NCBI GenBank assembly: GCA_018260615.1
Contig: JAGWDQ010000136.1
Coordinates: forward strand, 1 to 20,637
Origin: Candidatus Altarchaeum sp.
GTDB taxonomy: Archaea; Altiarchaeota; Altiarchaeia; Altiarchaeales; Altiarchaeaceae
Direction of reading: 5' to 3'
DNA: 20,637 bases
Below the pieces are notes generated by a model, which ran no database searches, had not been told where the DNA came from, and worked only from the letters and a program-made list of their open reading frames with translations. The position numbers and the translations under genes were made by a program. Below, piece after piece: positions 19,560-20,637 of this stretch (position 1 is its first letter; each line of letters opens with the position of its first letter).

Positions 19560-20615
19560 ATGATGACAAAAGAAAAAATTCAGGGCTATCTCACAGGTAA
19601 ATTTAAGTCGGCAGAGGTCCTGGAAATTAAGGAATTAGGTTCGGGAGTGCACGGGACGGGATATCTGATAAAATTTATTGCCGATGAAAATGGCAAAAAT
19701 GTGGAAAAACGACTTGTAATGAAGGGACTGGAAGGGCTAAATTTCGGACATGATTATGCATCCGACAGGGCACAGGTTTTGCTGCTCGCAAACTCGTGTT
19801 ACAACAAACTGTCAAATCATGTTAAAGCTACTGATGTTGTCGGGGAGAGTAAAGATGCGTTAATTTCAATCGGGAATGCGTATGAATTCTATTTATTAAT
19901 GGAAGAGGCAAAGGGAGAAAGTTATTTTGAGGACTTAAACAAAATTTTTCAAAAAGGAATTGACGATAAGGACAGGGAAAAGGCGAAATTTCTGGCGGGA
20001 TATCTGGCAGGCATCCACAAAAAAGCAAATTTTAGCGAAGCCGTCTCAAAATCGCTGTACCGAAGGAAAATAAGGGACACAATCGGACACGGAGAATGCC
20101 TGATGGGTATAATTGACATATATGACAATGAAAATTTTTTGGGAATAAATTTAACAGATATAGCATCTAAAAGTGTTGAAAGGTGGGGGAAAATTAAGGA
20201 TAAATTTAAGCGACTGGCGGTTATTCACGGTGATTTTCATCCGGGGAATATATGGTTTGACGGAGATGATTTGACCGTGCTGGATAGAAGCAGAGGAGAG
20301 TATGGAGAGCCAGCCGATGATATATCCTCTTTTATTATGAATTACATCCATTACAGCATAAGAAAGTATGGAAAACTTGACGGCGAATTCATGGAACTGA
20401 CAAAAATTTTTATGGACGAATATCTTAGACATACGAATGATTACGAAATTTTTGAAGTAATGTCGGTATTTTTTGCATTCAGGTCGGTTGTTGTTGCAAA
20501 TCCGTTATTTTATAAAGACAGCGATGAAGTGAAGATAAAACTTTTGAAATTCGGGAGAAATGTGCTAAATTATGATAAATTTGAAATAGAGAAGGTCAAT
20601 GAGATGATTATATAA
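19560..20615 (+). CDS. Aminoglycoside phosphotransferase (APH)/choline kinase-like protein
   Basis: Gly-rich LGSGVHGTG loop, Brenner motif HGDFHPGNI and VLD...GEPADD. Substrate unknown. Confidence 0.85.
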   Translation: MMTKEKIQGYLTGKFKSAEVLEIKELGSGVHGTGYLIKFIADENGKNVEKRLVMKGLEGLNFGHDYASDRAQVLLLANSCYNKLSNHVKATDVVGESKDALISIGNAYEFYLLMEEAKGESYFEDLNKIFQKGIDDKDREKAKFLAGYLAGIHKKANFSEAVSKSLYRRKIRDTIGHGECLMGIIDIYDNENFLGINLTDIASKSVERWGKIKDKFKRLAVIHGDFHPGNIWFDGDDLTVLDRSRGEYGEPADDISSFIMNYIHYSIRKYGKLDGEFMELTKIFMDEYLRHTNDYEIFEVMSVFFAFRSVVVANPLFYKDSDEVKIKLLKFGRNVLNYDKFEIEKVNEMII

Positions 20616-20637
20616 ATTTGCCATTATATTTTATTAT

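Noticed and set aside
19560-20615. Aminoglycoside resistance gene
   Set aside because: Only the generic APH/kinase fold motifs are visible; nothing indicates an antibiotic substrate.

Overview
AT-rich archaeal chromosomal window. The divergent 16S sequence and gene style suggest Candidatus Altiarchaeum / Altiarchaeota; this is an inference, not a database result. Gene order: beta-helix/dockerin-like surface protein, archaeal AAA+ ATPase, orphan dockerin-like remnant, antitoxin-like ORF, DUF1858-like protein, scpB, rdgB, rps12, five ~170-bp tandem repeats, 16S-tRNA-Ala(TGC)-23S operon with canonical bulge-helix-bulge processing stems and no 5S in the window, then on the minus strand an N6-adenine methyltransferase, a PD-(D/E)xK-like protein and an intein-containing PolB, and finally an APH-like kinase on the plus strand. 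The most unusual signal is a dispersed family of small hairpin + TACACGAACGAAGTG modules. It fills the intergenic regions and has two members inserted in frame into genes (rdgB and the methyltransferase), each between long direct duplications (53 and 29 bp). Also notable: a perfect 67-bp inverted repeat bracketing the polB/methyltransferase block, TATA- and micro-ORF-bearing repeats upstream of the rRNA operon, and non-canonical residues in the translation machinery (uS12 K-to-R, 23S C2503/C2504, SRL GAAA, tRNA C55).
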